Notes under the pieces: model-generated
Seen by the model: the letters and a program-made list of their open reading frames with translations, nothing else
Database searches by the model: none
Told to the model about the DNA's origin: nothing
Program-made: the position numbers and the translations under genes
Shown here: piece by piece, positions 1 to 9,192 of the stretch
Numbering within the stretch: position 1 is the first letter of the stretch
Layout: every line of letters starts with the position of its first letter
Source of the DNA: Spirochaetota bacterium
GTDB lineage: Bacteria > Spirochaetota > Spirochaetia > Treponematales > UBA12059
Reading direction: 5' to 3'
DNA length: 64,000 nt
Assembly (NCBI GenBank): GCA_031402655.1
Contig: JANNSO010000053.1
Location: 18,536 to 82,535, forward strand

Positions 1-930
1 GAATTCCTCAGCCTGCTGGGCAGGAACTCCGCCGTGGATATCGTGCTCGGAGACAGCTCCCTGCGCTACCTTACCATACTCTTTACCGATATCAGGAAGT
101 TCACCGCCATCGCCGAAGGCATGATGCCAATGGAAATTTTCGAGTTCCTCAATAAATATTTATTACGGATGGAAAAGGCGGTAAAAGCCAATTTCGGCTT
201 CGTCGACAAATACATAGGCGATGGCGTTATGGCATTGTATACCTCCGACAAAGGCGCGGCTGCGGGCTCGGCCGTGGGCTCGGCCGTGGGCTCGGCCGCA
301 GGCCCGGCCGTTGGCCGGGGCATTTCCTGCGCGGACAATTCGCTCAAGTCTGCCCTGCGCATCAAGATGGAGTTATATCATTTTAACAAGGAGATCGCTA
401 CCCTCGACATGTTGCCAGTGCAGATAGGCATCGGAATCAACACAGGCGAGGTAACCCTGGGTACGGTGGGCAGCCACAACCGCCTGGACACTACCGTAAT
501 CGGCGATGCCGTCAACCTGGCATCCCGGCTCGAGTCGCTTACCAAGTTTTATCGCACGCAAAACCTCGTGTCGGAATACACCGTCAACGCGCTCGACAAT
601 CCCGAGAATTTCAAGCTGCGGCTTATCGACCACGTATCGGTACCCGGAAGAACGAAACCGCTCAAGATTTACGAACTGCTCGAACCCAGGCTCAAGTCCG
701 ATGCCCTGAAGGCACAGACCATGGAGCCTCTTGCCGAGTCGATTTCATTGTATCTCGCAGGTAATTTTAAGGAAGCCCTTGGCAAGTTCAACTACCTGTC
801 CAGCCAGAACCGCTACGATCCCATACCCCCAATGTATGCCGAGCGCTGCGGCAACTACATAAAGAAGAGTCCGGGCGCAAACTGGGACGGCGTATTCAAG
901 ATACAAACAAAGGAAGCGCTTCTGGGCTGA
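1..930 (+). CDS. Class III adenylate/guanylate cyclase catalytic-domain protein (5' end outside window)
   Basis: Frame 1 is open from base 1, and the listed ORF start at 34 is an internal GTG. Motifs FTDIRKFT, YIGDGVMALY and GINTGEVTLGTVGS..RLDTTVIGDAVNLASRLESL are typical of class III cyclases. Confidence 0.85.
   Translation, partial: EFLSLLGRNSAVDIVLGDSSLRYLTILFTDIRKFTAIAEGMMPMEIFEFLNKYLLRMEKAVKANFGFVDKYIGDGVMALYTSDKGAAAGSAVGSAVGSAAGPAVGRGISCADNSLKSALRIKMELYHFNKEIATLDMLPVQIGIGINTGEVTLGTVGSHNRLDTTVIGDAVNLASRLESLTKFYRTQNLVSEYTVNALDNPENFKLRLIDHVSVPGRTKPLKIYELLEPRLKSDALKAQTMEPLAESISLYLAGNFKEALGKFNYLSSQNRYDPIPPMYAERCGNYIKKSPGANWDGVFKIQTKEALLG
253..312 (+). repeat. In-frame 12-bp tandem repeat, 5 degenerate units (core GGCTCGGCCGTG), inside the cyclase domain
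   Basis: Units are ggcgcggctgcg / ggctcggccgtg / ggctcggccgtg / ggctcggccgca / ggcccggccgtt. They encode GAAAGSAVGSAVGSAAGPAV just after the GDGVMALY strand. Confidence 0.9.
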
Positions 931-946
931 ATTTGCCCAAAAGCGC

Positions 947-2332
947 TTAATCCGTAACGAGGATTCCCTTTTGCTGGGCGTCGATATTGTTGAGCAGGCG
1001 CATCAGTTTGTCTTTTTCTATCAAGTCGATTAGCCGTGCTTCCACGAATTTTTTGGCTTCATCGGTATAATTTCCGGCGGACAGGCAGTAACCCTTGCCC
1101 GCTTTCAGCTCCTTCAGGCGTGCGTGAAAGTCCCGTACCACCAGCTCGCCCACCGTACCCGTCGAGCGTATCATGCGGAACAAAACCACGTCGGACCATC
1201 GGCTCGTCTCCACCTCGGCAAGTATGTCCGCCCAATCATTTTTCTGCACGGAAATATCGGTTATCTTGATCTTCGCTTTCGGAAAAAAAGTAAGCGTAAT
1301 CTTGCGGCACAGGGCTATAAAATCGCTGGCCGCAGAAATAAGGTACACCTGCAGGTTTTTGTTGGAGTTAAGTTCTTTATATTTACTAACCTGCATGGGG
1401 ACGTCTTTATAATTCGGATATATCTGCTGGATCTCGTTGAGCAGAGCCACAGCCTTGGAAATCTCCTGCTCCTTTAAGTAGGCCGCCGAGAGTCTATACT
1501 TTATCTCCACGAGCACCTCAACTTTTATATCCGGATGCCGTAGGCCAATCTCGAAATCCATTACGGCTTTCTGCTGCTGCCGCTGATTCAGGTGGATAGT
1601 GCCGGCAAAAAGCGCCGCCGAAGGACCCAGCACCGGGTCGGTCCGCAGATGCGTAAAAATCCGCAGCGCCTGGTCGGCCTGACTCAGTTCGTAGAAGCAC
1701 TCGCCCATGGCAAAAAGGCTTTCTTTATCTTCCGGCTGCAAATCCACTGCCCGTTTCAGAGTACCCAGCGATTCCTTGTAGTTTTTAGTCTTGAACATAG
1801 CGTGACCCAAATAGCGAAGAGCCATGGCGTGCTCCGGGTTCTGCTTGGTGGCGACACGGAGATGCAGCATGGCCTTTTCGTATTGGCGTTTCTGGAATTC
1901 CAAGTACCCAAGATTAAAATTCGTCTCGAAATCATCGGGCTTAACGGCATGCGCGACCGCGAACCCCTTGTAGGCCTCATCCAAACGCGTCAATTTAAGC
2001 GCACACATTCCGTATCTTCGATTGATGTCGAACTCATCCAGTTCGGGGTTGCCCGCGGATACATCCAGAAGTATCTCGTAAAGCTTGAAAGCCTTATCCC
2101 ATGCCTGCTCCGAATAATAGACCTCTCCAAGCGCAGTAAGAGCCTCGGGATCCTTAGGGTTCTGGGCAAGGCGACGATTGGCCTCTTTCAGGATTTGGGC
2201 ATGATCCTTATCCTTGAAGTGCTTGCCCACTTTTTTCGTCTTGTTTTTTTTGGAAGAAAAAAGCGTTCCCCCAAAAAGAACGATCAAGGCCATGAAAATA
2301 ATAACTATAATAATGATAAACGCACTAGTCAT
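947..2332 (-). CDS. Membrane-anchored TPR-repeat protein with a C-terminal Mrr-like (restriction-endonuclease-fold) domain
   Basis: ATG at 2332. N-terminal TM helix IIIIVIIFMALIVLFGGTLF. TPR-like repeats include ALTALGEVYYSEQAWDKAFKLYEILL and AMALRYLGHAMFKTKNYKESLGTLKRAV. The C-terminal ~120 aa (..VVLFRMIRSTGTVGELVVRDFHARL..GKGYCLSAGNYTDEAKKFVEARLIDLIEKDKLMRLL) follows the Mrr_cat pattern. Confidence 0.6.
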   Translation of the reverse strand: MTSAFIIIIVIIFMALIVLFGGTLFSSKKNKTKKVGKHFKDKDHAQILKEANRRLAQNPKDPEALTALGEVYYSEQAWDKAFKLYEILLDVSAGNPELDEFDINRRYGMCALKLTRLDEAYKGFAVAHAVKPDDFETNFNLGYLEFQKRQYEKAMLHLRVATKQNPEHAMALRYLGHAMFKTKNYKESLGTLKRAVDLQPEDKESLFAMGECFYELSQADQALRIFTHLRTDPVLGPSAALFAGTIHLNQRQQQKAVMDFEIGLRHPDIKVEVLVEIKYRLSAAYLKEQEISKAVALLNEIQQIYPNYKDVPMQVSKYKELNSNKNLQVYLISAASDFIALCRKITLTFFPKAKIKITDISVQKNDWADILAEVETSRWSDVVLFRMIRSTGTVGELVVRDFHARLKELKAGKGYCLSAGNYTDEAKKFVEARLIDLIEKDKLMRLLNNIDAQQKGILVTD

Positions 2333-2378
2333 AACAAACAGTATCGTATCGATGCCGCCGTGTTGTCAAGATTTTCCG

Positions 2379-2420
2379 TAAAAACAAAAAACCCGCTGCC
2401 GGCGTATGCGGCAACGGGTT
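2379..2420 (-). terminator. Rho-independent terminator downstream of the RRM gene
   Basis: Minus-strand RNA is ACCCGUUGCCG-(7 nt loop)-CGGCAGCGGGU, an 11-bp stem with one G.U pair, followed by UUUUUGUUUUU. It lies 26 nt after the stop at 2446. Confidence 0.75.
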
Positions 2421-2445
2421 TAATTCTTCTTGGCGTATCGGAAAA

Positions 2446-2724
2446 CTACCAGCGGTTACCGTATTCGCGGCGGGGAGGGCGCTCGTTGGCCTCGTTTACC
2501 CGGAGCGAGCGGCCGTCAAGTTCGCGGCCATTCATTCCGGTGATGGCCGCCAAGGCAGCGTCATCATTGGTCATTTCAACAAAACCAAAGCCCTTGGAGC
2601 GGCCTGAATCACGATCGATTACGATGTTTACCGACTGTACTTCGCCAAACTGGCCGAATGCGGTGCGAAGTCCGTCTTCGCTGGTGCCGTAGCTGAGGTT
2701 GCCGACATAGAGTTTCTTAGCCAT
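2446..2724 (-). CDS. RRM-type (RNP-1/RNP-2) RNA-binding protein
   Basis: MAKKLYVGNLSY (RNP-2) and KGFGFVEM (RNP-1). The ATG at 2724 is preceded by GGAAAAGGA. The 28-codon N-terminal extension in the ORF track lies in the leader. Confidence 0.9.
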   Translation of the reverse strand: MAKKLYVGNLSYGTSEDGLRTAFGQFGEVQSVNIVIDRDSGRSKGFGFVEMTNDDAALAAITGMNGRELDGRSLRVNEANERPPRREYGNRW

Positions 2725-2920
2725 TAGATGGTCCTTTTCCCGGCTATTCCGGGTAGTGAGATAATGGTGGTACGGATTCGGAAAAGGAGGCCAGTAGACA
2801 AGCTCCACGCAGTTGCGAGATTCGCCGGAAAAATAGCGGGGATGTACACATTCTTAATTCGGCTAAAATCAAACAGTTTCTCAGTCCTCAAAAACACGAT
2901 TCGTATCCAACAGTTTTAAC

Positions 2921-2947
2921 ATTATATCAATATTCTGGAATTGTCAA
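2921..2947 (-). promoter_or_regulatory. Candidate sigma70-type promoter for the RRM gene
   Basis: Minus strand reads TTGACA-15 nt-TATAAT with TG at the extended -10 position. This would give a leader of about 190 nt before the ATG at 2724. Confidence 0.5.
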
Positions 2948-2972
2948 ACGCTAATAAGACGAAATTTCTGTT

Positions 2973-4610
2973 TTATTTGAACGAAATCGTAATAAATGCG
3001 CTTAATTCCAGATCACTGCCGTAGGTATTGGCAACATTGTTTAAGTTCATTGCATAACAATAATTAACGGATGCACCCAGTTCTATCCACGAAAGCACGG
3101 GATATTCTGCGCTCAATTTTATAATCCAATTGCTCTCGGGATTCTGTCCACTTGGGCTTATGTCTCCGGGTGCAGGATCCCAGGTGGGCAAGGGCGACGA
3201 TACGTTCTTCTCGCCCCGCCGCAAGAATAAAAACTCCCCGGCAAGGCTTATTCCTTCGGGCACCCGGTATTCGGCATGAAACGTAAGGAGATTTACATCG
3301 GCTCCGTAGGAAAATCCTATTGGTTTTACGACAAATACATACTCATCGATGGAAACCGACCAATAGCGGCGCACATTATAATAAAATGGCGGATTAGCCC
3401 GATTATAGAGCCAAGGACTTGTAGCTGCCCATTCCACGCCTGCGCTGAGATAGCCCGACTCCAGCGGGAAAGCAGCACTTATGCCTAGAATACCCCCAAA
3501 CACGCCCGGACCGCCGCCGCCGCCTCGGTCCGCCTCATACTGCGTCGCGAATTCATCCATGGCCAATTGTCCGTACACATCGAAATATTTCCAGGGAGTA
3601 TAATTCATCTCTACTGATACCAGCGAATTCATATAATTCGTCAGCATCCAATTGTGGAAAATTGCCATATAATTCATGTCCCGCAGCAATTCAGGAATTC
3701 GCTGCCCGAACATCGTGGATTCATTAAAGGTGATGCTTAAGTTTTTGATGATCCGCCAGTCGAGGCGATGGGCTATCATGGCAGAATACGCGGAATCGGT
3801 TGGAGATAGGGAGGGGGATATAGCTGGATTATAAGCATCGAACACCGTATAGACGGAACTGAATTTTATCTTGTCTCCATAGAGGGACAGCGCGGCAAAA
3901 TCGTAGAAGTCACTATAGTCGGACAGCATCATATTGCCGGAATACCCGTTTCCCCAGGACAGTTTGTCGCGCCCAAAGCGCAGTGACCAAAAGTCGCCGC
4001 CAACTGCGCTATACGCCTGCATGGGAAAATATAGATCGAGTCTCGGTTTTTCCTCGTCAAACAATACGTTGAAGTAATTTTCGCTTACGCCAGAAGGGGA
4101 CTTCCCGATATTGTTATGCTCTTCCTTCAACGATATGGACGTGATCGCATAAAAGCCGTTGTCAAGCCACAGCTCCAGCGGAAGTTCAAGCACCGTTTTT
4201 CGCTCTTCGTAGCCGTGTATCCATTTGTAAACGTCGGGATCGTAGGCTGCGTCCGCCACAAAATTGAAATGAACAAACGCCTCGGGACTCAGCACCGCGG
4301 AAACCCTGCCTTGGAAACCTTTCTCTTGCGCAGGCAAATAAAAGGATTTCTGCAGGTACTCGTATGCCTTCATACCTGCGGACGATAATCTCGAGGCGTC
4401 GATTTTCGTCAGCTCGAAACGGAACTCCTCCTCGGTCCAAGGACGCGCCGTATTCGGCTGCGCCAAACCTTGTTCCAAAAACAAAGCATCGATATAAAAA
4501 TAGGCATCCGAATCAAGATTCACGATCCGCTGGCCATTCTGCGCAAAAATACCGGGAATTGCGGACAGGAGTATAAGAAAGAGTACAGAAAGCTTTTTTA
4601 AATGATTCAT
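2973..4610 (-). CDS. Exported outer-membrane beta-barrel candidate (possibly Wzi-like capsule-assembly family)
   Basis: Signal peptide MNHLKKLSVLFLILLSAIPGIFAQ. The body is rich in aromatic/Gly residues with alternating patterns, including RFGRDKLSWGNGYSGNMMLSDY. It is the last gene of the glycan cluster. The Wzi assignment comes from memory of the family pattern only. Confidence 0.5.
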   Translation of the reverse strand: MNHLKKLSVLFLILLSAIPGIFAQNGQRIVNLDSDAYFYIDALFLEQGLAQPNTARPWTEEEFRFELTKIDASRLSSAGMKAYEYLQKSFYLPAQEKGFQGRVSAVLSPEAFVHFNFVADAAYDPDVYKWIHGYEERKTVLELPLELWLDNGFYAITSISLKEEHNNIGKSPSGVSENYFNVLFDEEKPRLDLYFPMQAYSAVGGDFWSLRFGRDKLSWGNGYSGNMMLSDYSDFYDFAALSLYGDKIKFSSVYTVFDAYNPAISPSLSPTDSAYSAMIAHRLDWRIIKNLSITFNESTMFGQRIPELLRDMNYMAIFHNWMLTNYMNSLVSVEMNYTPWKYFDVYGQLAMDEFATQYEADRGGGGGPGVFGGILGISAAFPLESGYLSAGVEWAATSPWLYNRANPPFYYNVRRYWSVSIDEYVFVVKPIGFSYGADVNLLTFHAEYRVPEGISLAGEFLFLRRGEKNVSSPLPTWDPAPGDISPSGQNPESNWIIKLSAEYPVLSWIELGASVNYCYAMNLNNVANTYGSDLELSAFITISFK

Positions 4611-4650
4611 GTCGAGTCCCCGTCCCGTGATCCGTTGTCGTTATGAGTCT

Positions 4651-6051
4651 TCAGAATTTATAGGTATAGGCCAACGTCATATCCAGACTGCCGATCAAGC
4701 CGCTTGTGCTGCCGGGCCTGAAAATCGGTTGGCCGTTGATGGGATCAGAATCACTGGTCGGAGGGCTGGTATCGAGCTCCATCCTGTTTAGTTCGAAGCC
4801 GAAGGATCCGTTAAGAATAAGTACTATCGGTCCAATAGGCAGGGCAGCCTTGGAACTGAGCGATAATCGCTTTCGAAGTACCGGGTCGTCCAGATAATGG
4901 CTGCCTTCCTCGCATTTATCCAGTTCATGCCAGGGATTCCCCGGAGATTGCGATCCGGTTATGGAAAACTTTAATGCCGAATCCAGGCTCAGCTTACCGA
5001 AAACGCCGGTTCCAGCCCAGGGAATCAAGCTCCACGTCGCCAACAGGGAAAGGTCGTTTTCGCCGTTTACATAGCCAACCGAGTTTTGGCTTACCGGAAT
5101 TGGCTGCCAAGCGCCCTCATAGTAAAAAGCGTTTGCAGGCCAGCGGGAATAGCCATACATCGTATTATTACCGGGGGATCCATAGGCCTCAAAGGTATAT
5201 TTTGTTGCACCGGCCACATAGAATCCGAATTCTCCGATACTCCCGAATGTTTTTGTTCCGCCAAGGGAAAAAGCTATTTTATCGGGATTCTGGAAACCAT
5301 CGGGCTTGATAAAGCGGTTAAGATTTATATCATCGATCAGAAGCTGTGCGTAGGCATACCAGGTATCTCCCTGATACTCCCCAAAAAAACCCATGATAGA
5401 GTTTTTATTCTCGGTTTCCGACCACGGCCTGCCCGAGGCCGAAGCCACATACTGTATCAATACGGAGGGTATGGGAATCAAAACATCCTTGGGGTCGAAA
5501 AGGGAAGACCCGCTTACGGCAATATCTTCGAACCCAAAGCGCAGGTTCCCTATTTTAAGTCCATATGCCTTAAAAACAGCGCTTCTGTCCGGCCATGAAT
5601 ACCGCGATTTCTGGTTCAGCTCCATCCATCGCTCGCGATACAAAAACAGCTCGTCTTCATAGCTAAAATCAAATGAAAGAAGCGATTCCGGCATGCCATT
5701 GAGAAACAGCGAATACGGAGACTCCACCACATCACCCTTGGCCAATTTCCCGAAGGCTATGGTAACGGGTTCGGCAGCAAATACGATGCCCGCCTGCTCT
5801 ATATTTATGTTAAGGTTTCCAAACTCGTTAAAAATCGACGCCGTATACAGCGGTTCGTTGTCCAGGCTCATTCCGGTTATAAAAAAGAAATTACCGCCCG
5901 TATGGGTAAAAGTTGCCTCGGCATCAAACAAAAGAATATCCTTGCTGGAATCTGCTGCGCCGCTTCTAATTTCCGTCGTAAAATCCAGGGGAAATACCGG
6001 TAAGATCAGACAAGACAGGAAAACGGCTCCGGCAAGGCTTTTTAAATTCAT
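4651..6051 (-). CDS. Exported outer-membrane beta-barrel candidate
   Basis: Signal peptide MNLKSLAGAVFLSCLILPVFPLDF and a C-terminal ..LAYTYKF (terminal Phe typical of OMPs). Its ATG overlaps the wecA-like stop in an ATGA at 6048-6051. Confidence 0.5.
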   Translation of the reverse strand: MNLKSLAGAVFLSCLILPVFPLDFTTEIRSGAADSSKDILLFDAEATFTHTGGNFFFITGMSLDNEPLYTASIFNEFGNLNINIEQAGIVFAAEPVTIAFGKLAKGDVVESPYSLFLNGMPESLLSFDFSYEDELFLYRERWMELNQKSRYSWPDRSAVFKAYGLKIGNLRFGFEDIAVSGSSLFDPKDVLIPIPSVLIQYVASASGRPWSETENKNSIMGFFGEYQGDTWYAYAQLLIDDINLNRFIKPDGFQNPDKIAFSLGGTKTFGSIGEFGFYVAGATKYTFEAYGSPGNNTMYGYSRWPANAFYYEGAWQPIPVSQNSVGYVNGENDLSLLATWSLIPWAGTGVFGKLSLDSALKFSITGSQSPGNPWHELDKCEEGSHYLDDPVLRKRLSLSSKAALPIGPIVLILNGSFGFELNRMELDTSPPTSDSDPINGQPIFRPGSTSGLIGSLDMTLAYTYKF

Positions 6052-7112
6052 GTGGCATCCTTCTGGTTATGCTCGTCGAGCAACGCTTTTTGCTTGGCAT
6101 AATGCAGCATTAGAAAAAGCACACCTAACACAAGCCAGGAGCCAAGAACGATCAGCCAATACGGCAACGGCTGGAAAAAGATTATGGAAACTGCTACTAC
6201 CCCCAAGCCTATGCACGCCGCATAAACGATAGCCAAAATAGCCCTGGTTCCAAAACCCAGCTTTATAAGCTTATGATGCAGATGCCATTTGTCCGGACTC
6301 ATAAGCGGGACCTTCGCGCGCGTCCTGCGAAGCATCGCCGCGAACACGTCGAAAATCGGAATAAGCAAAACCGTCGGAGCAGCCCACAGCCACAGGGAAT
6401 CCGAAGAAGCGCTTTTGTCCATCAGAGGAAGCAGCGCGAGGGTAAACCCTAAAAAGGTGCTGCCAGAGTCTCCCATGAAAATCTTAGCCGGGGGGAAGTT
6501 ATAAAGAAGAAACCCAGCCAAAGATCCTACGATTAAAATGGCCAGAAGGGCAGGATACGTTTGTCCCCGCTCCAAAAGGATCAGTCCGAAACTGAACGCC
6601 GCTATCATGCTGATGCCCCCAGATAGCCCGTCGATGCCGTCGATCATGTTTAGGGCGTTGATAACGCCGACTATCCAAAAAACGCTTATGGGCCAAGCTG
6701 CCCAGCCCAGGCTTACCGATCCGAAAACAGGCAGCCAAATAGAGTTGAACCTGAAGCCCATTACAACCACGAACACGGCGGCCGAAAGCTGTACGATAAA
6801 ACGCAGGCGCGCCTTTAAATTAAAAAAATCATCGAGGAGACCCAGCACATGGATGACGGCCATGGAGAGAAGTACTGGCCAGTAGGCCAGGAATCCGGTT
6901 TGCAGAAGTTTGCTAAAGATGGTAGTAATTGCCAAAGTCAGCACTATGGCCAGAAATATGCCTACTCCGCCTAGGCGGGGAGTGGCCACCGTGTGGACCT
7001 TCCGGGGATTGGGTTTATCGTACCAATGATATTTCTTTGCTACATAGAGAATAATGGGAATCAGAAGGATATTTAAAAAAGTTGCAATAAGGCCATAAAA
7101 CAAAAACTTCAT
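6048..7112 (-). CDS. wecA: Polyprenyl-phosphate N-acetylhexosamine-1-phosphate transferase (MraY/WecA family, GT4)
   Basis: Polytopic membrane protein with NALNMIDGIDGL and FMGDSGSTFLGF motifs. The ORF-track start at 7142 is TTG. ATG at 7112 (MKFLFYGLI) is preferred. Confidence 0.85.
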   Translation of the reverse strand: MKFLFYGLIATFLNILLIPIILYVAKKYHWYDKPNPRKVHTVATPRLGGVGIFLAIVLTLAITTIFSKLLQTGFLAYWPVLLSMAVIHVLGLLDDFFNLKARLRFIVQLSAAVFVVVMGFRFNSIWLPVFGSVSLGWAAWPISVFWIVGVINALNMIDGIDGLSGGISMIAAFSFGLILLERGQTYPALLAILIVGSLAGFLLYNFPPAKIFMGDSGSTFLGFTLALLPLMDKSASSDSLWLWAAPTVLLIPIFDVFAAMLRRTRAKVPLMSPDKWHLHHKLIKLGFGTRAILAIVYAACIGLGVVAVSIIFFQPLPYWLIVLGSWLVLGVLFLMLHYAKQKALLDEHNQKDAT

Positions 7113-7299
7113 TCTTCTACCACCATTGTTTGTGTCACCCAATCTTAGTTAAAAATAAAATTAAGCAACAATTCTGTACAATTACAAAATAGTACTGCAA
7201 TATTTACTAAGCATAACCTGTGATCCAGAATTGGAATATTTTCTCAAGTATATAATACCACAGTTGTTTGAAGTATTAAAACCAGAAACCTATGCAAAG

Positions 7300-8091
7300 T
7301 TAAGGTAATATTGTATTTCGGAAAGCTGATTGCATCCACAACTGATTAGCCTTAAGAAGCATGCTAGGTGATGCTCCGGAAGCATAAAATGCGACACCAG
7401 GACTATTGAGCGCTTTCTTAGCGATCCAATTTAGTTGAGCTTCAATAATATCCGCTGAGTTTGCCCAACCCGCAGAAGGTAATACGCTTCCTCGGGCTAC
7501 TCGATCGTCGTTTATCGCTATCGCCAACATGGTTTTTGAAGCAAATCCCATATCACGCGCACGCTTTAGCCTGAGACCGAAAAACTGGTCTAGCCATACC
7601 TTCGTGGAAGTATAGCTCTCCAGAATTATTAGATCTGCAGCTTCATATGCAGGTTTTAGTAATTCGGTCATAGAACCAGCGTTCCAAATAACAATAAACC
7701 CGCTTGGTCTTTCAAGCCTTACTCGACGCAGTGCATCGGCCATCATAGCATCTATGTGTGGGTCACTGCTTCCAAATTCATCAATTGCGATTCCTGTCGG
7801 GCATAAATCAAGGGCTCTCACCCAGTATTCTACGAATCGGTCTGCAGAAAAATTGGCAGCTAAGGATTTGCCGGCTGCCCATCTCAGCAACTTAACTCCG
7901 CGCACTTTTGCAGAATATGGTAATGCTGGAGTCAAATAATCGACACCATGAAGATCTGGTTCCCAGGCTGCCCAAAAAATGCTCACCTTAGGCCGCGTGC
8001 TTTGCTGAGCAGGCATGACCAAACAAGAAATATTAAAAATCAAGGTAAAAAGAGCTACCAATAACCCCAAAAATCTTACTGTGCTGCACAT
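7300..8091 (-). CDS. Exported hypothetical protein (possible TIM-barrel-like glycan-processing enzyme)
   Basis: ATG at 8091 gives MCSTVRFLGLLVALFTLIFNISC, a signal or lipoprotein-like peptide. The ORF-track start at 8115 is TTG. I recognise no motif. The alternating beta/alpha pattern and IAIDEFGSSDP are only suggestive. Confidence 0.4.
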   Translation of the reverse strand: MCSTVRFLGLLVALFTLIFNISCLVMPAQQSTRPKVSIFWAAWEPDLHGVDYLTPALPYSAKVRGVKLLRWAAGKSLAANFSADRFVEYWVRALDLCPTGIAIDEFGSSDPHIDAMMADALRRVRLERPSGFIVIWNAGSMTELLKPAYEAADLIILESYTSTKVWLDQFFGLRLKRARDMGFASKTMLAIAINDDRVARGSVLPSAGWANSADIIEAQLNWIAKKALNSPGVAFYASGASPSMLLKANQLWMQSAFRNTILP

Positions 8092-8205
8092 AGAATCCCT
8101 AGAGAATAAATGCAATTGCTATACTGGCGGAATATAAAACCTTTGATAACTAAAAATTCATAAACCTTAACTAAAAAATGAGGTAAAGACGCCATAACCG
8201 CACCT

Positions 8206-9132
8206 TTACCGATCAGCCGATTTATTAAAGGCATCGCGAATTTTGTTTCTAGCCATTTGTGGTTTAAAAATAGCATGGCAATACTGCAAAAGAACCGCAG
8301 AGAAGATTGAAAAAAGCAACAATGCTATCGCTACTAAGGCAGCACTGCTAAGCGCTCCTTTTGCCTGATCCTCTATTCTATTTTCAGGGAGTATGACATA
8401 TGGATCTGTAATAAAAGATATCAAGGATATATCTTTTTCGAGATATCTCCTTGCTGTTACATACAATCTAAAATTTTCACTGATATTTGGTTTTTCTGGA
8501 GAATAATATTTCTGCGATTCGTTTTCAAAAGCAAGTGCAATTCCCGTGGCAATTGGCAAAATAACTTCCCGGAATTTTGATTGAACTAAACCAAGCAACC
8601 CTTCCATAAATCGCAAAGATTTCTCTTTATCGTTGCTCTTAAACATTACTTGTAAATTGCCATAAAATTTTATGACGCTATAAATCTTTTGATCTGATTG
8701 TAATGGAATACCTCTATAAGATCTATTTTGGACAAGTCTACGACGGATGTAAAATAATGCGTTTTCCTCTGTTGCCTCACTAATATCAATGCCTCCAAAC
8801 TCAGTAATCTCCGCCGATTTCAACGCGCTTAGTATGGTTTTTGGATCTAAGAGTAACTGGCTGGCAATGTCCGTCATTGACTGGAGGTCACAAATGGTTC
8901 CTATATCCTGATTTACTAAAACTGTGGCATTAGTCTCATAGTCTTTGCCGGAAAGCGATTCATTTCGATTTTCCTGTACATCAAGCACAAAAACTGCTAT
9001 TCCAATCAAAATCGAAATAAGCAGCGAAATGAGGAAAAATATGCGCCATCTTATAAAAAAAACGAGAATATCTACAATTGAATATCCATCAACTTCTTTC
9101 TTATTTGAATCCTCTGGCTTTGAAATAAGCAT
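8206..9132 (-). CDS. Polysaccharide co-polymerase (Wzz-like chain-length determinant) candidate
   Basis: Two TM helices at the N- and C-termini (FFLISLLISILIGIAVFVL and ALVAIALLLFSIFSAVLL) flank a ~230-aa soluble loop, which is PCP topology. ATG at 9132; the 9165 start is TTG. Confidence 0.45.
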   Translation of the reverse strand: MLISKPEDSNKKEVDGYSIVDILVFFIRWRIFFLISLLISILIGIAVFVLDVQENRNESLSGKDYETNATVLVNQDIGTICDLQSMTDIASQLLLDPKTILSALKSAEITEFGGIDISEATEENALFYIRRRLVQNRSYRGIPLQSDQKIYSVIKFYGNLQVMFKSNDKEKSLRFMEGLLGLVQSKFREVILPIATGIALAFENESQKYYSPEKPNISENFRLYVTARRYLEKDISLISFITDPYVILPENRIEDQAKGALSSAALVAIALLLFSIFSAVLLQYCHAIFKPQMARNKIRDAFNKSADR

Positions 9133-9192
9133 AAAACCGTCCTTATAAAAAAATACCGACTTCAATTTAAAGCATAAAAATCAAGGCCTGCC

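Noticed and set aside
1-6. The window begins with GAATTC (EcoRI site), hinting at a cloned restriction fragment
   Set aside because: A single hexamer at a window edge has no statistical weight, and other GAATTC sites occur throughout. No biological inference is drawn.
1592-2692. 366-aa plus-strand ORF spanning the TPR gene, the terminator and the RRM gene
   Set aside because: It is antisense to two well-supported genes and crosses an intergenic terminator. The composition is low-complexity and Arg/Ser-rich, as expected for an antisense frame, and it has no motif or RBS.
8076-8276. 66-aa minus-strand ORF bridging the Wzz-like gene end and the next gene start
   Set aside because: It overlaps both neighbouring genes in an AT-rich junction, with no RBS or motif. 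It is probably spurious.
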